A stretch of DNA of 64,000 bases from the human T2T-CHM13v2.0 reference genome, Homo sapiens (GCF_009914755.1 NC_060927.1), one strand, 5' to 3'. Shown: positions 28,615 to 42,300, numbered from the stretch's first letter. Program-made: numbers and translations. Notes: a model not told the origin generated them from the letters alone.

Positions 28615-30447
28615 TTTGCTTGTTATAAATTTTATTAGAATAGAAAATAATACATACAGATAACCATAGGATACACACACAGGAATTGAAAGATAAATTT
28701 TATACTTTTCAATATGAAACAAAGTGCATATCTCATGGAGATATATTGCTAGAAACAACATGAAACAATAGAGCAATCATCTTGAAAATGAAAAGTATAG
28801 GAACATATAGGAATTACTAAATAATAAAAAGGTCCAACTTCATTACATGTAGCATAAAATACAAGTATTGGAGAAAGTGGAAATAACAATGGTCATATGA
28901 AATCTACTAGTCATTCAGATTGTTTCAATATATACAGTATATGCGGACCTTATAGAGAAAGTTATAAATATTTATTGTTTTTGTGTATGATGACTTTATC
29001 TTAAATGTAATCTCTAAATGTAAAATAGTGCTTTATGGTGATATCAGAATTTCCCTAATTTTTAATCTTTCTTGTTATCTGAACTGTTTTCTAATTCTGA
29101 TATTGTTGGAAATATGAACAAGTTTCTGCAAAATGTGAAATTGGTAGGAAAGAGGTAAAAAACTGATTTTGCAATGTTGAAAACTCAATCTGCTGATTTT
29201 AATTTATTCTCTATATATTGCTATGAAGTCACGTCTTCAACAATTTTTTGAAAACCACATATTGAAAGACTGAGTCATACATATCAAAGTCAGCAGCATT
29301 GCCTTGGTTCTATTACAAATTTAACTCAGGAACTAAAAAGCCTGCCAGACTCACTCAGATAGATGGTGGGATTTCATTAAAAAACCATCTCTGCCATCCA
29401 AAAAGAGAGGGTCCCTTAATGGAATTGGAAATTGAAATGAGGGATTATGTGGATTTTGTTTAATATTTGGGTTGAGATTCAGGTCATTCCTGATTTTTTC
29501 CTCTAGGTTTTAATAAAACCTGAAAGCTTATTCATAGCTGTGAAGGAAACAATTCCTTTTTTAATTTAAAAAAACTTTTTTTTTTTGAGAAAGAATAAAA
29601 TGTGATCATTTGAATTTTGGAATATAACTGAATGAAACAGAATGAAGCTTGAAAATCTGGCTGGTCTTCATGACTTTTATGTGATTAAATAAATTCATGC
29701 TAATATTTTGCATGGGTCAATTGCATTTGGGGTGACAAAAGCACTTTCATACTTCAGTCTTTATCTTTTAAAAACTAATTCATGGGGCAAAGTCTGATCA
29801 GATAGGTATTATTATCTCCATATTTTATAGAGGAATAATTGAGAGGTACAGATGGCAAAGTGATTTGTAAAGTCTTACAACTAGTTAGCAGCATACCAAA
29901 CCAAACATCATTCTTCTAAGCCCCACAGTAGCATTTTCCAACAATGCTCTTTTGAATCACATGCCACTCCTCTCCAACAAAATAATTTTTAAAATGTATT
30001 TTTCATCCTTGGGGACTTAAATCAGCATTTCAAATTGATACTGGTTAAGTCTTCCAAATAATGCTATTATAATGGGAAAATAGCATTTGAATTAAATGAA
30101 AGAGTTTTTCAATGTAAAAAGAAATTCTCATGCGTGTGTGTGTACATGTGAGAGTGTGTGAGTCTTTATCCATAGGCAGTGCTTAAACTCATAGTTTAAG
30201 AACATTTATATCAAAAGTCTGAAGTATGTAATATGTAAATTCCTTTGGTTTATCAAGTTAATATTAAGGCATTTCAGATTCCCCTAAAAGGATTTACTGT
30301 TTTTTTAATTATATTCATATTTACCTATAATGAAGTAGAAAGTTAAAAATAAGAGTTGAAAAAAACATGCATAATCACTGCATTTCATGAAAGCACTTTT
30401 TTTGGTAACCAAATAACTTTCCAATAAATAATAAAAAGGAGTTAATA
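28615..30447 (-). other. CNTN3: CNTN3 3'UTR (~1.8 kb; 3' end approximate)
   Basis: AT-rich, largely repeat-free sequence between the stop codon and the AATAAA at 28636-28631. Confidence 0.75.
28631..28636 (-). terminator. Likely main polyadenylation signal (AATAAA) of CNTN3
   Basis: The minus strand reads AATAAAATTTATAACAAGCAAATGAGTGTGCAG: hexamer, then CA 15-20 nt downstream, then a GU-rich element. Other AATAAA hexamers occur at 28976-28971 and 29208-29203. Confidence 0.7.
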
Positions 30448-30548
30448 TCACCACAGGACATATACAATTAAGAACAGTACTATAGGCATATAACTTGACA
30501 TAGGGTGGACATTCGAGATGGCTGAAGTGGATCCTCTTGCATCCATAC
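30448..30548 (-). CDS. CNTN3: CNTN3 last exon, coding part: (S)MDARGSTSAISNVHPMSSYMPIVLFLIVYVLW*, the GPI-anchor signal
   Basis: Acceptor CTTTGACAG|GT; TGA stop at 30450-30448. A small-residue omega region followed by a hydrophobic tail is typical of GPI-anchored contactins. Confidence 0.95.
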
Positions 30549-30605
30549 CTGTCAAAGTTGATGAAGAGCTCATTAATAAGGATTGTACCAATATGTAATC
30601 AGGGT

Positions 30606-30835
30606 GCTAGAGACTGGATATTTGTGGTGTTCCCCCCAAATTCTTTGTTGAAATCCTAACCCTCAATGTCAGAGTATTAGGAGGTGAGGGACTTCGAGAG
30701 GTGACACTGAATCTGCCAGCAATTTGACCTTGGGCTTCTCAGACTCCCCTCCAAAACTGTGAGAATTAAGTTTCTGTTGTTTATAAGCCACCTGTCTAGG
30801 TAGTTTTGTTAGAGAAGCCAAAAAGGACTAAGACA
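30606..30835 (+). mobile_element. MLT1A-like LTR (internally deleted) in the last CNTN3 intron
   Basis: ccccaaattc…gttgaaatcctaaccc … aactgtgaga…tttctgttgtttataagcca…gactaagaca. Confidence 0.75.
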
Positions 30836-32527
30836 CAGAGCAAAGGCAATACCTCTCCTATCAAAACCAAATCACTACATGAACCTATCCTGGAACCACC
30901 ACAAGTTGTTATTAGCCTTCATTTTATTTATCAATGCAGCATATACTAGTTGCCAAGAGTATCTATAAAAACAGTAATGTGTTTAAGTTTTCTTAAATGA
31001 TACCAGGCTTTGTTCATCTACTATTATTTAACTTTAATTGAAATGGGAAAAACAACTTAATCATTTTGAAAACAATTATACTTGATTACAAACAACTTTG
31101 AGATAATTCAATGGTTTAATTAAGAATGCTTCATTGGGTAAGGGTTTGAAGGGTCTGTGCTTGTTTCTATTTTATGCATTTCCAGATAAATTATTACACA
31201 TAATATAAAACATAATCTTTTTAAAAGGCAATAAATAAAAGCTTCGTTTTCATAGAGATGGCCCTGTGTGGTCACTTGCAAGCTCAGCAAGACAGCAGAT
31301 GTCAGATGAAAAGGCTACTCTTGACTCAGCAGCCCTAAAATGCTAAAATAACATCTGTCCCTGCAAAAGCCTAGAACATATTTCTTTTAAAATTGCCACT
31401 TTGCCCATATTGTAATGTTAACTCCATGCCTTGCACCATTCAGGGAACAAGAAGCACATATTCATTATTTCAAAACCTAAATTAACAACAATAATAAACT
31501 AAATTTAATTTCTACTTTTGCTCTATTGAAGTGCATACAGTTTTAGAGAGTTCTGTAGTCCAAGATGGGTTCTGCAGACTTTTACTTTGCAGAACTTAGT
31601 TCTGCAATAAGTAGTTCCTGTTTTCTTAGTGTAGCTTTGTTTGTTTTAGTCTAAGTATGGCAGCCTTTATGGTTTTACAGAAAGACAGAATTTCTCTAAG
31701 TTTTCTATTTCCGTTTCTCTTCAGTTACTAATGTCTGCCATTTTGTTTTCCAAGATTAAAGACAAAAGTTTCAGTCCTGATTACCCATGCTAAATGAATG
31801 GAAACAGGGAACAAAGTCATGTCACTAAGAACTATAGAATAGCATATGAAGTCAAAATGGACTCTACAATAGTTAAACTGAGGCCAGAAAACTCCAGACC
31901 TGGGATTTAAGAGTGAGGATAAAATTTATTCTAGCATTGGCAGTTGATAAAATACGCAAACCAAAGTCTGTTTCCAACTCTAAACATATAATTTCTATAG
32001 TAAAATAGGTTTTACTTGGATTTGGAGAGGAAAAATTCGTATGAACCTCCTTGGAAACTAGGAGAAGAATTTTTAAGGAGTCTTTTAGTTTGGCACAGGT
32101 AAGTGGTTTAGGACGTTGACAATGTTAATCATTCTATTTAAAGAATTGATAAGATTTATCTATAATTTGTAGGAGGCAAATAACTAGACTATTAAAGATC
32201 TAAAAGAAATGATTAGGGAATTCTGCTTTTATAGGAGATCCAAAGGCAAATTTAAGTAAAACTCAGAATAAGGAAAAAAAATCAAATTAATGAAGTTTTG
32301 CTAAATATTTTTTGACATCTTTTCTTCACACCCTCATACTTTTCTCCCTATTTTGCACCACTCTTGAGGGGTTCCTCTTGCCCACGTCTCACCTGCCAAA
32401 ACCTTACCGGCATTTGGATGTAAGCCTTGCTGGAAAGAAAGAATGGACAGAGGGATACTGATTGACTCACTATGGGGGATAGTAACACTGATGTCAATAA
32501 AGTAAATAATGGCTTCAACCAACTTAC

Positions 32528-32696
32528 TGGTTATTCGTGGAATCCTGATCTGTTCACTACTGGTCCCATCCCCTCCATCTGTTGTGGCCTTGACTTCAAT
32601 AATGTAGTCCTCTTTAATGGGCAGCACAAGTTCAGCTGAAGTTTTATTTGTGTTCAGTACTTGTACGTTATTTTGACTGCTAGTCCTATAGAAAAC
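32528..32696 (-). CDS. CNTN3: CNTN3 penultimate coding exon (169 bp): [56 protein letters not shown]
   Basis: Acceptor CATTTTAG|GTT and donor ACCA|GTAAGT; phase 0 to 1. Overlaps ORF 32334..32627. Confidence 0.96.
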
Positions 32697-33312
32697 CTAA
32701 AATGCATGAACAAATACACTTACTTGTTATATTGCCCATTTTTGTTTTCTTCATAGAATTTGTCTCTCTGAAATTAACTAATTTTGTCCTTCTATATCCA
32801 CTAGAATGTAAGTTTCATTCATGACTCTAATTGTAAGTCTTAGATTAGAGGTTAGCACATGGCAGAATCATCAGGTTCTCAAAATCAGGGAGGCTTGGGA
32901 AGAGTGAACTTCTCCCGTGGAAAAGCCCAGCTGGGCTGCGTATTTATGAGGCTGGAGAGATAAGGCAGGGCCATAGTGTATGGACCTTGAATGCCTGGCC
33001 ATGGAATCAGAGCCAATAGTTTTATTTATTTATTTTTAAGTAGTATATAGGTCAGCATCAATAGTAGCAAACTAACACACAATTTGGAGACATTGTGTCC
33101 AAAATTCCCACTTGAGCAGAATTCTTTCACTTGAAACCATATTTAAGAAGCTATTTTGAAAAATTACCCATTTTATGGAAAGCTTGGTATCTTTGTCAAA
33201 ATTAGATTACAGAAACCATATCAATATATAGAAAAATTCACTTATACCTAGCTTCTCTTGAAAAGTACTGCCAAAATTACGAAAATGAAGCATTGCAAAT
33301 GAGAAAACTTAC

Positions 33313-33425
33313 TTTATATCCTGTTACTTCTGACTCATTCTCCATGGCTTTAACTTGCTCCCAATTAAGTAACACTTTAGTGTCTGTGGCATTCCAAACA
33401 ACATTTCCTGGTGGCTGACTGGGAG
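33313..33425 (-). CDS. CNTN3: CNTN3 coding exon (113 bp): (P)[37 protein letters not shown]
   Basis: Not in the ORF track; found by reading the minus strand. Acceptor TTTTGCATTTCAAG|CT and donor AAA|GTAAGT; phase 1 to 0, in frame with both neighbours. Confidence 0.95.
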
Positions 33426-33616
33426 CTTGAAATGCAAAATGAGAAATTTTAAAACAGATCGAAGTACAAGTGATATTTTACACGGAGGAGATGGCGGCTA
33501 TCATAGGAAGCTAGTGGAAGTAGAACGGGATGCCTTTGGTAATGCTTGGTGTAATAGATGAAATCAGAAAAAAATAACAGAGTATATAAATTTCCTTTTT
33601 TTAGAAAGGCATTTCA

Positions 33617-33701
33617 TTCATACACCAAACCCCCGTGACACGTAATTTATTCATGTAACAAACCTGCACATGTACCCCGAATCTAAAATAAAAGTCCCAA
33701 A
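33617..33701 (+). mobile_element. Very short (~85 bp) L1PA 3'-end insertion
   Basis: caaacccccgtgacac…gtaacaaacctgcacatgtacccc…aaaataaaagt; TSD AAAGGCATTTCA at 33605-33616 and 33702-33713. Confidence 0.85.
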
Positions 33702-35634
33702 AAAGGCATTTCAATTAATGTGTAAGATAATTCATTTTATCATGCTCATCATACACTTTAGAGCATTTCACACTTACTGTGTCTCGTTGAAAACACGTCG
33801 ATGGGGGGGATAAGGAAATTCCTCTATCTACCACTAGAGGGCTGCTTGTTCCTAAACCAAGAAAGGAAGGCGGCGGGACTTATTTTGACGCATACAGAGG
33901 CTGGAAGAAATTGCCAAATGGACAGATTAAAGTTCTGTGAAATGAAGTGTATATGATTTTGGAGCCAGCCTTGTATGATAAGATGGGCAAAATGTGAGGC
34001 AATCAAAAATAAGAATTACTTAGATTTATTCCCATGGAGTAATAGCTATACACATGAAAAATTGCAAGAGAGTCTATATTTTAAAAGTCTTCGTTTTCCA
34101 GGCTTAAATCAATTTTTGAGAAAAATAAGGCAAAACGCTAAAAAGTTAATGAGGATTCCATTAGAGGATTAATGAAACTCTCTGCGGTTTCTAAACTTAG
34201 ATTCATAATTTAGTTCCTTTTCGTGAACGCTGGACTGTAAACTAATGCTAAGGGGTGAGGGTGTTGAGGGATGGCCGATAGTATTTGTCAATAGCAACAC
34301 AGATAGGGCACTGGAAAAATCAGTTTCTTGTCAATAACAACAACAAACATAATATTATTCATTCAACAACAGCATCACAATTGCCCTCAGTGTTATATTT
34401 GTAGATTTAACCACAGAATGTGATTTGGCTAACTGAATTTGTAATGGAAAAATGATATAAAACATTAGCTATCCAGAGAAATTTCTAAACATCATTGACT
34501 CATGCCATAGGGGAAATACAGCTGAACTTACAGATAGGAAGAACTCAAATACATTTATGAGTCTAATGACACCAAACGAGATTGTATTCCCTGTGGATTT
34601 CTTTTGCTTTTTGTCTCTTTTAACACTATTCTATGTTGCCTTTAAAATTCTGTGATGTAAGTATTCACAATGAGTTTAGGTCAGCTAAGATTGTCTGAGC
34701 TGCTGTGCTCTGCTAATAACAACAAAAAAATTATAGCAGCTGCTTAGGGTTGAAATACTAATGACCATGTTCTGGTTACTCAAATAATATGAATGTACAA
34801 TTTTTAGGACAATTTCCCAAAGCCAGTGATACCCTGTGGCCTGACAGCACTATAAAAGGACAGGTTTGGTTTGATGCAGCTGAGCTATACTACAGCATGG
34901 TTTGTTCTAACAAAAGGTGTGTGTTTGGAGGTTACAAAAAGTTTGAGTAATTTTGGTTAAATCACCTATACCAACATCAGCCTTCAGGGAGAAATGACTG
35001 CAAATAGAACACTGGGGTTTATCTTGTATGAGTCACAACATACGTGGGCTGAATGAGTTCAGCCTGAAATGAATACTTTTTGAAATGACAAAAAGAAAAA
35101 AAAAAACAAAAAAAAAGGAAAACAAAAAAGAAATAATAGGGTCTAACTTTGTTCTTTTTGAATCATATTACTGTTTTCTAAACGTCAGTCATGTATCATT
35201 TTTGTCATGTTTTGCTATTTAAAAAAATAACTTGGTTTAAGAAAAATTAAACATCTATTTTACCTTCATCTCAATAATATTCACACAATAATTAGCTTGA
35301 TGTGCTAGTTACATTTTTGGGCACTCTCTAAAATAAATGAATTTAATGCCTTATATAAACATTCTAAATTTTTATAATGTTCGCGAACTACCTTAAGATC
35401 ATCTCTTACCACCACTGGTAAGAATGACAATATTTGGGAAATTTTGGACCAGAGAAACTTTCACCCATGTTCAAAATGCTATTATTAGTAACTAATACTT
35501 AGTACACGTCTATAATATGTTAGGGATTACAGAATGTGCTTTAATATAATTTACTTAATCCTCATTATATTGCATTGTAATAAAGCCCATTTCTGTACAT
35601 ATATAATCTGGACCCAGAGAGTTAAAATTTAAAA

Positions 35635-36090
35635 AGATTGTATAAGCATGTTCATGACAGCATTATTCAAAAGATGGGTGGATGAACAAAATGGGGCATT
35701 TACCTATAATGAAATATTATTCAGCCTTAAAAACATAAAATTTGGACACATGCTATAACATGGATGAACCTTGTGGACATTATGCTAAGTGAAATAAGCC
35801 AGACACCCAAAGACAAATACTTTATAATTCTACTTATTTGAGATATTCAGAATAGTCAAAAATTCACAGAGACAGAAAATAAAATGCTGGTTGCCAGAGG
35901 CTGGTGGAAGGGGAAATGGAGAATTGCTTAATGAGTACAAAGTTCCAGTTCTGCAAGATGAAAAGGGTTCTAGAGATCTATTGCACAGAAATGTAAAAGA
36001 CTTAACACTACAGAACTGTATGTTTTTAAATGTTTAGTATGTTAAATTTTATGTTATGTGTACTTTACTACAATGAAAGGTTTAAAAAAG
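35635..36090 (+). mobile_element. L1MB-type 3' end
   Basis: atggatgaaccttg…attatgctaagtgaaataagccag…gttctgcaagatgaaaag. Confidence 0.8.
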
Positions 36091-38129
36091 CTTGCTAAGA
36101 TACATGACTAGTGAGAAGTATTATGTGGATTCAAACCAGCTCTGTTTAAGTCCTCTGCACCTTGAGAGGATTATGCTTCTCTGCCTAGCTCTCACTGATG
36201 TTGGCGTTGGCTATGGGACTTGTGGTTCCCTGCCTGTAAATAGGCATAATTCTCCTTCTCATTGGCATCCCATAGATATGGGACTTCACCATAGGACTTG
36301 CCTCAACCAATGGAATGTGGGCCAAAGGGAAATAGGCCACCCCCAAGTGGCAGCCATAAAAGTCATTGAAGAGTATGGTTTGCTTTCCTCTCTTTTCTCT
36401 TTGCCATGAGATTGCCAAGTCCCAGAGATTGGCTGCTCCATTATTCTGGGTTCAGGAGTGGAGACAGAATGGGAGACAGAATGGATCAGATCTGAATCTC
36501 ACTCATGATGAACATATAGTATGAGTTGAAGAAAAAAAAGTATAGTTTTAGGCCACTGAGGTTTGGGGATTTGAGGTGCCTCAGCCTGGACTAGCCTAAT
36601 CTGACATAGCTATTAACCAGTAGTTTAGATAGCTCTGAAGCAACACAATGAACTTTTGTAAAAGTATGGAGTCAAGTAGTGAATTAGGAATGAGCAGGGG
36701 ATAGTTGATAGTGTAACTTCTAGGACTTCTAATTTTACTTTTTGTATTTGAACCTGTGTGGAAGTGCAACCCAGAATAGGATGATTGAGTTCCAAAATTT
36801 ACTGGACCTAAACTGGTAAGTAGTCTACATTTTGAAATTTTTTGGAAATCGTTTGTCAACGTTCATATCCTATAGGTTTTTCCTGTCAACCTCTACTGTT
36901 GGCAGAATGCTAAATTAGAAAAAACTGGTAAAAAACTAATCCTAGTAAAATGATGACATATCACTAGATTTATATCACAACACTAATTGACAGGATACAC
37001 ATAATCATTTCAGTAATTTTAAGTGTTACATAAAGAAATAACTTTCTCTCGAGAGGTTTTTATTATTGTTGTTCCTTAAGCATCCATCATGATCCTCTGT
37101 GCACTTGATTTTCAGACTCCTCAACATCAGCTTCATAGATTTTACTTACTCTGCAGATACTTGCCTGAAAACAAGTGATTACTATCATATAACCATGATT
37201 AGATGAAACTGGGAAGGTGGGAATATAAGACATGTCTATCCACAGGAAAATGGCTAAATAAATTGTGGCGTTCATCACAATGGAATATCATCCACGGGCA
37301 GTTACGATACAGTATACAGGTAACAAAATACACAGCATAACCTCCACTGTATAAGAGAAACTTTTCATAGAACAGAAGTCTGGAAGGAAAGACAAATGAT
37401 ATTAATTATGGTATTTCTGAGTGATAGGATTATGAGTGAATTTTATTTTTTCTCTATAGACTTTTTCCCCCAAATTTTCTAAAATAAATGTTTTCCTTTA
37501 TATAATACAAAGTAGAGGTTGTTAAAGAATATTATTGCCTGGAGTTTTCAATGGTGATGTCTCATAGTGGTAACAGTGAAGCTGGCATTTACTTTCAAAA
37601 TATGAAATTTTAAGAACATATGTTTGCTGTGATTAATTATACAAAACTCAGTATGTTTCTCAACTCTTTTTCTTGGCCATCTGATGGTAATGAGATGACT
37701 TACCTGATAAAAAGTTGTTATAACTAGTAGCTAGAAGTTACGCTTTGCACTTGGACTTCACTTAAGATAATTATTAACATTTGTAACTAAGCTGCTTAAA
37801 CATGTGGTATTGTGCAACGATCATGTAATCAAAAACAAAAGCCAATTATGCACCCCCCCAATAGTAAGATACGGTTGTTTTGGAATCACTGAAAACTATT
37901 ATAAATGGATCTAATTTCTTATCAAAGGAAATTGACACAATGTTTTAAAACACAACAAAATCATCTACTTTTTAACTCGTCTGAAACCCAACCTAGAACG
38001 CCAGGGAAGGTCTTTCTTTGATTTTTGGTTTTCGATGTCTAGGAATTTCCTTGACCAAAAGTTCTCCTTTGCATAATAAAAATATGTGAGATTATAAACT
38101 ATAAGCAGAACACTTACAATTGTCTAGAG

Positions 38130-38347
38130 CAGGGGTGTCCAATCTTTTGGCTTCCCTGGGCCACAGTGGAAGAAGAAGAATTGTTCTGGGCTGCACATAA
38201 AATGCACTAACGATAGCTGATGAGCTTTAAAAAAAATCACAAAATAATCTCATAATGTTTTAAGAAAGTTTATGAATTTGTGTTGGGCTGCATTCAAAGC
38301 TGTCCTGAGCCACATGTGGCTCTCTGGCTGTGGGCTGGACAATCTTG
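38130..38347 (+). mobile_element. MER30-like hAT-Charlie fossil
   Basis: caggggtgtccaatcttttggcttccctgggccac…ggacaatcttg. Confidence 0.85.
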
Positions 38348-39327
38348 GTCTAGAAGATTCACAGGCAAGTGGGGCAGATTTTCAAAAAAGTGCCAAAACT
38401 CTTACAAAATAAAGTTCATAAGTTTTACACATTTAGTCAGAATTTTTCCTGATTCTATATTAGCAGAAAATTCCTGTTTGAATACTGGTAAAGTTCAATA
38501 TTATATTGTTATGTTTCTTCAGAGCTTACAAAACTAGGAATAACTTTGCTGAAGCCCATAGATGGGGGAAAAAAACACCCTCCTGAATCTGAGGAATGCA
38601 CATTGATAGGCTTGTATTGCATTATATGTGTGATTTATGGTGTGTCATATACAAACATGATTAGATCACATGCACTGGGGGATGTGATGCACAGAAAAGC
38701 CAACAAATAGCATTCAGTCACCTGCAGAAAAATTCCCTTGTAATCTTCCCATAGCTTGAAGAGAAAGTTAGATTTGGGAGCCAGTAGGTCTTTAATATCC
38801 CCTCTATACTAACATCACAAACAAAGAGGGAGCAGGTTTGGAGGTTTCAACAGGCAAGAATATGTTCCTAGTATTTAAAAAGGAGGGTGGTCTATTTTTC
38901 ATTCTACTTATTATTATTAAACTTACTATTTGGTTAGCATCTATTTATGGCAATGATGCTGGTTCTACATTGCTCAGATAAAAAGCTAGTTTCCATTTTT
39001 TTAAATTTATCTAAGTAAAAATAGAAGGTCAATTTTTAAGAAAAAAATAGTAGATATATATTAATAGAAAAGGTTGGAAAAAATGGCAAAATAGGTGGAT
39101 CACATATGAAATTTGGAAAACTTTGCAATAATGTGTATCCTGAGCCAAAACCCAGACTGGACAATTATACAATTAAGTCATATATATAAAAATTTTAGAA
39201 CTTCCAAATTCTGTGTTTGAGGTAGCAATAGTCATTTAATAAAAACCGTCTGAAACATTCAGACTCATTCTTTCAGTGCTTGCCTTATTCACATTTCCTT
39301 TTCACTTCCCCAAGACACACCTACTTG

Positions 39328-42300
39328 GAACAGATCCTGGCAAACGGGAGGCAGGCCTAGACTGCAGCTCCGACTCGGATGGACAGAGCAGTGTGTGGAG
39401 GCTTGCACTGTGAATTTTAGTTCCAGAACAACTGCAGGAATAAAACAGGAAACCTGAGAGGACCCACAGACCCTCTGAAGGAAGTGGATTGCTCCTGCAA
39501 GACCCAGGAGACACCCCAAATACTGTGATTGCTCAAACTGTGGAAGTGGGAAAGGGAGGTCCTCCACCCCCAAACACATACCCCCACTGGGGAAACTGAA
39601 GGTCTAATTTATGGGAGAAGATTCCGACCTTACCTGGAGCTGAGAGCTGAGTCAATTTAGGAGCTGAGTGAAATACAGGGGTAGAAGAAGCAGCGGGAAA
39701 GGCCCTGTGAGTTCGCTGGGTCCCCAAGCAGGCCACTCCTGCCTGGCATCACAGGGATCCTTCGGGAGGGTGGCCAGAGGCACGAGGAAACCACCACAAG
39801 AAGGAAATCTCCAGCTGAACTTTGTAACTATTTTAACTGGTTGAGAAGCTTCCTGGCCAGAACCTGGGGGAGAGAGTGAATCTGGCGTGCAGACTTTATA
39901 GGTGGAGGAAGAATTAGAGCCCTTTTCTTTCCCAGCTGGGAGGTGGGTAGCCTGGGGAAACTTCTCAGCCCTGCCTGCCCACTGCCTGGAAACGGACTTT
40001 TTTGCTGTCAGTGGGGGCACAGTGGGAGTGAGACTGGCCCTTTGGATTGCGTGGGAGCTGAGTAAGGCCTGTGACTGCTGGCTTTCCTTCACTTCTCTGA
40101 CAATCTGCATGACTCTGCAGAGGCAGCCATAATCCTCCTAGGTACATAACTCTATTGACCTGGGAACCTCACGCCCATCCCCCCAGCAGCTACGGCAAGA
40201 CCTGCTGTAGGAGGAGGTCAGACACACTTAGTCCTGCCCCCACCTCATGGTCCTTCCCTACCCACCCTGGTAGCTGAACACAAAAGGCATATACTCTTGG
40301 GAGTTCTAGGGCCCGGCCCACCAACTGTTCCTCTCCATACTACCACAGCTGATGCTCTCTGGAAAGCGCCACCTCCCAGCAGGAGGCCAACCAGCACAAA
40401 AATAGAGCATTAAACCACTAAAGCTAAGGGCCTTACAGAGTCCATTTCACAGCCCCGCCACCTCCACTGGAACAGGTGCTGGTATCCATGGCTGAGAAAC
40501 TCATAGATGGTTTACATCATAGGACTCTATGCAGACAACCCCCAGTACAAGCCCGAGCCTGGTAGACATGCTGGGTGACTAGACCCAGAAGAGACATAAA
40601 CAATCACTACAGCTTGGCTCTCAGAAAGCCACATCCATAGGAAAAGGGGGAGAGTACTACATCAAGGGAACACACTATGGGACAAAAGAATCTGAACAAC
40701 AGCCTTCAGCCCTACACCTTCCCTCTGACAGAGCCTACCCAAATGAGGAGGAATCAGAAAAACAACTCTGGTAATATGACAAAACAAGGCTCTTTAACAA
40801 CCCCCAAAAATCATACTAGCTCACCAGCAATGGATCCAAACAAAGAAGAAATCCCTGATTTACTGGAAAAAGAATTCAGGAAGTTAGTTATTAAGCTAAT
40901 CAAGGAGGCACCAGAGAAAAGTGAAGCCCAATACAAGGAAATCCAAAAAATGAAACAAGAAGTGAAGGAAGAAATATTCAATGAAATAGATAGCATAAAT
41001 ACAAAAAATTAAAACTTCCAGAAACACTGGACACATATATAGAAATGCAAAATGCTCTGGAAAGTCTCAGCAATAGAATTGAACAAGTAGAAGAAAGAAA
41101 TTCAGAGCGTGAAGACAAGGTCCTCAATTTAACCCAATCCAACAAACACAAAGAAAAAAGAATAAGAAAATATGATTGTCTCCAAGAAGTCTGGGATTAT
41201 ATTAAACAACCAAACTTAAGAATAATCGGCATTCCTAAGAAGAGAAATCTAAAAGTTTGGAAAACATATTTGGGGGAATAATCAAGGAAAACTTGCCCAG
41301 CCTTGCAAGAGACCTAGATATCCAAATACAAGAACCAGAAACAACACCTGGAAAATTCATCACAAAAAGATCATTGCCTAGGCACTTTGTCATCAGGCTA
41401 TCTAAAGTTAAGGGGAAGGAAAGAATCTTAAGAGCTGTGAGACAAAAGCACCAGGTAACCTATAAATGAAAACCTATCAGATTAACATCAGATTTCTCAG
41501 CAGAAACCCTACAAGCTAGAAGGGATTGTGGCCCAATCTTCAGCCTCCTCAAACAAAACAATTATCAGCCAATAATTTTGTATCCAGCGAAACTAAGCAT
41601 CATATAAAAGAAAGATACAGTCTTTTTTCAGACAAATCGCCACGACAAGAACTGCTAAAAGGAGCTCTAAATCTTGAAGCAAATCCTGGAAACGCATCAA
41701 AACAGAACCTCTTTAAAGCATAAATCTCAAAGGACCTATAAAAAAAAAATACAATTTAAAACATAAAAAGCAAAACCCAAAAACCAAGGTACACAGGCAA
41801 CAAATAGCACAATGAGTGGAATGGTACCTCACACCTCAATACTAACATTGAATTTAAATGGGCTAAATGCTCCACTTAAAAGATACAGAACTGCAGAATG
41901 GGTAAGAATTCACCAAACAAATATCTGCTGCCTTCAGGAGACTCACCTAACACATAGGGACTCACATGAAAACTTAAAGTAAAGGGCTGGAAAAAGGCAT
42001 TTCATGCAAATGGACACAAAAAGCAAGAAAGAGTAGCTACTCTTATATCAAACAAAACAAACTTTAATGAAACTGCAGTTAAAAAAGATAAAGAGGGACA
42101 TTATATAATGGTAAAAGGCCTTGTCCAACAGGAAAATATCACAATCCTAAACATATATGCACCTAACACTGGAGCTCCCAAATTTATAAAACAATTATTA
42201 ATAGACCTAAGAAATGAGACAGCCACACAATAATAGTGGGGGACTTCAATACTCCATGACAGCACTAGACAGTCATCAAGACATAAAGTTAACAAAGAAA

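Noticed and set aside
39652-40110. 152-aa minus-strand ORF
   Set aside because: It lies within the GC-rich L1PB 5'UTR, has no recognisable domain, and I cannot support an ORF0-like identity.
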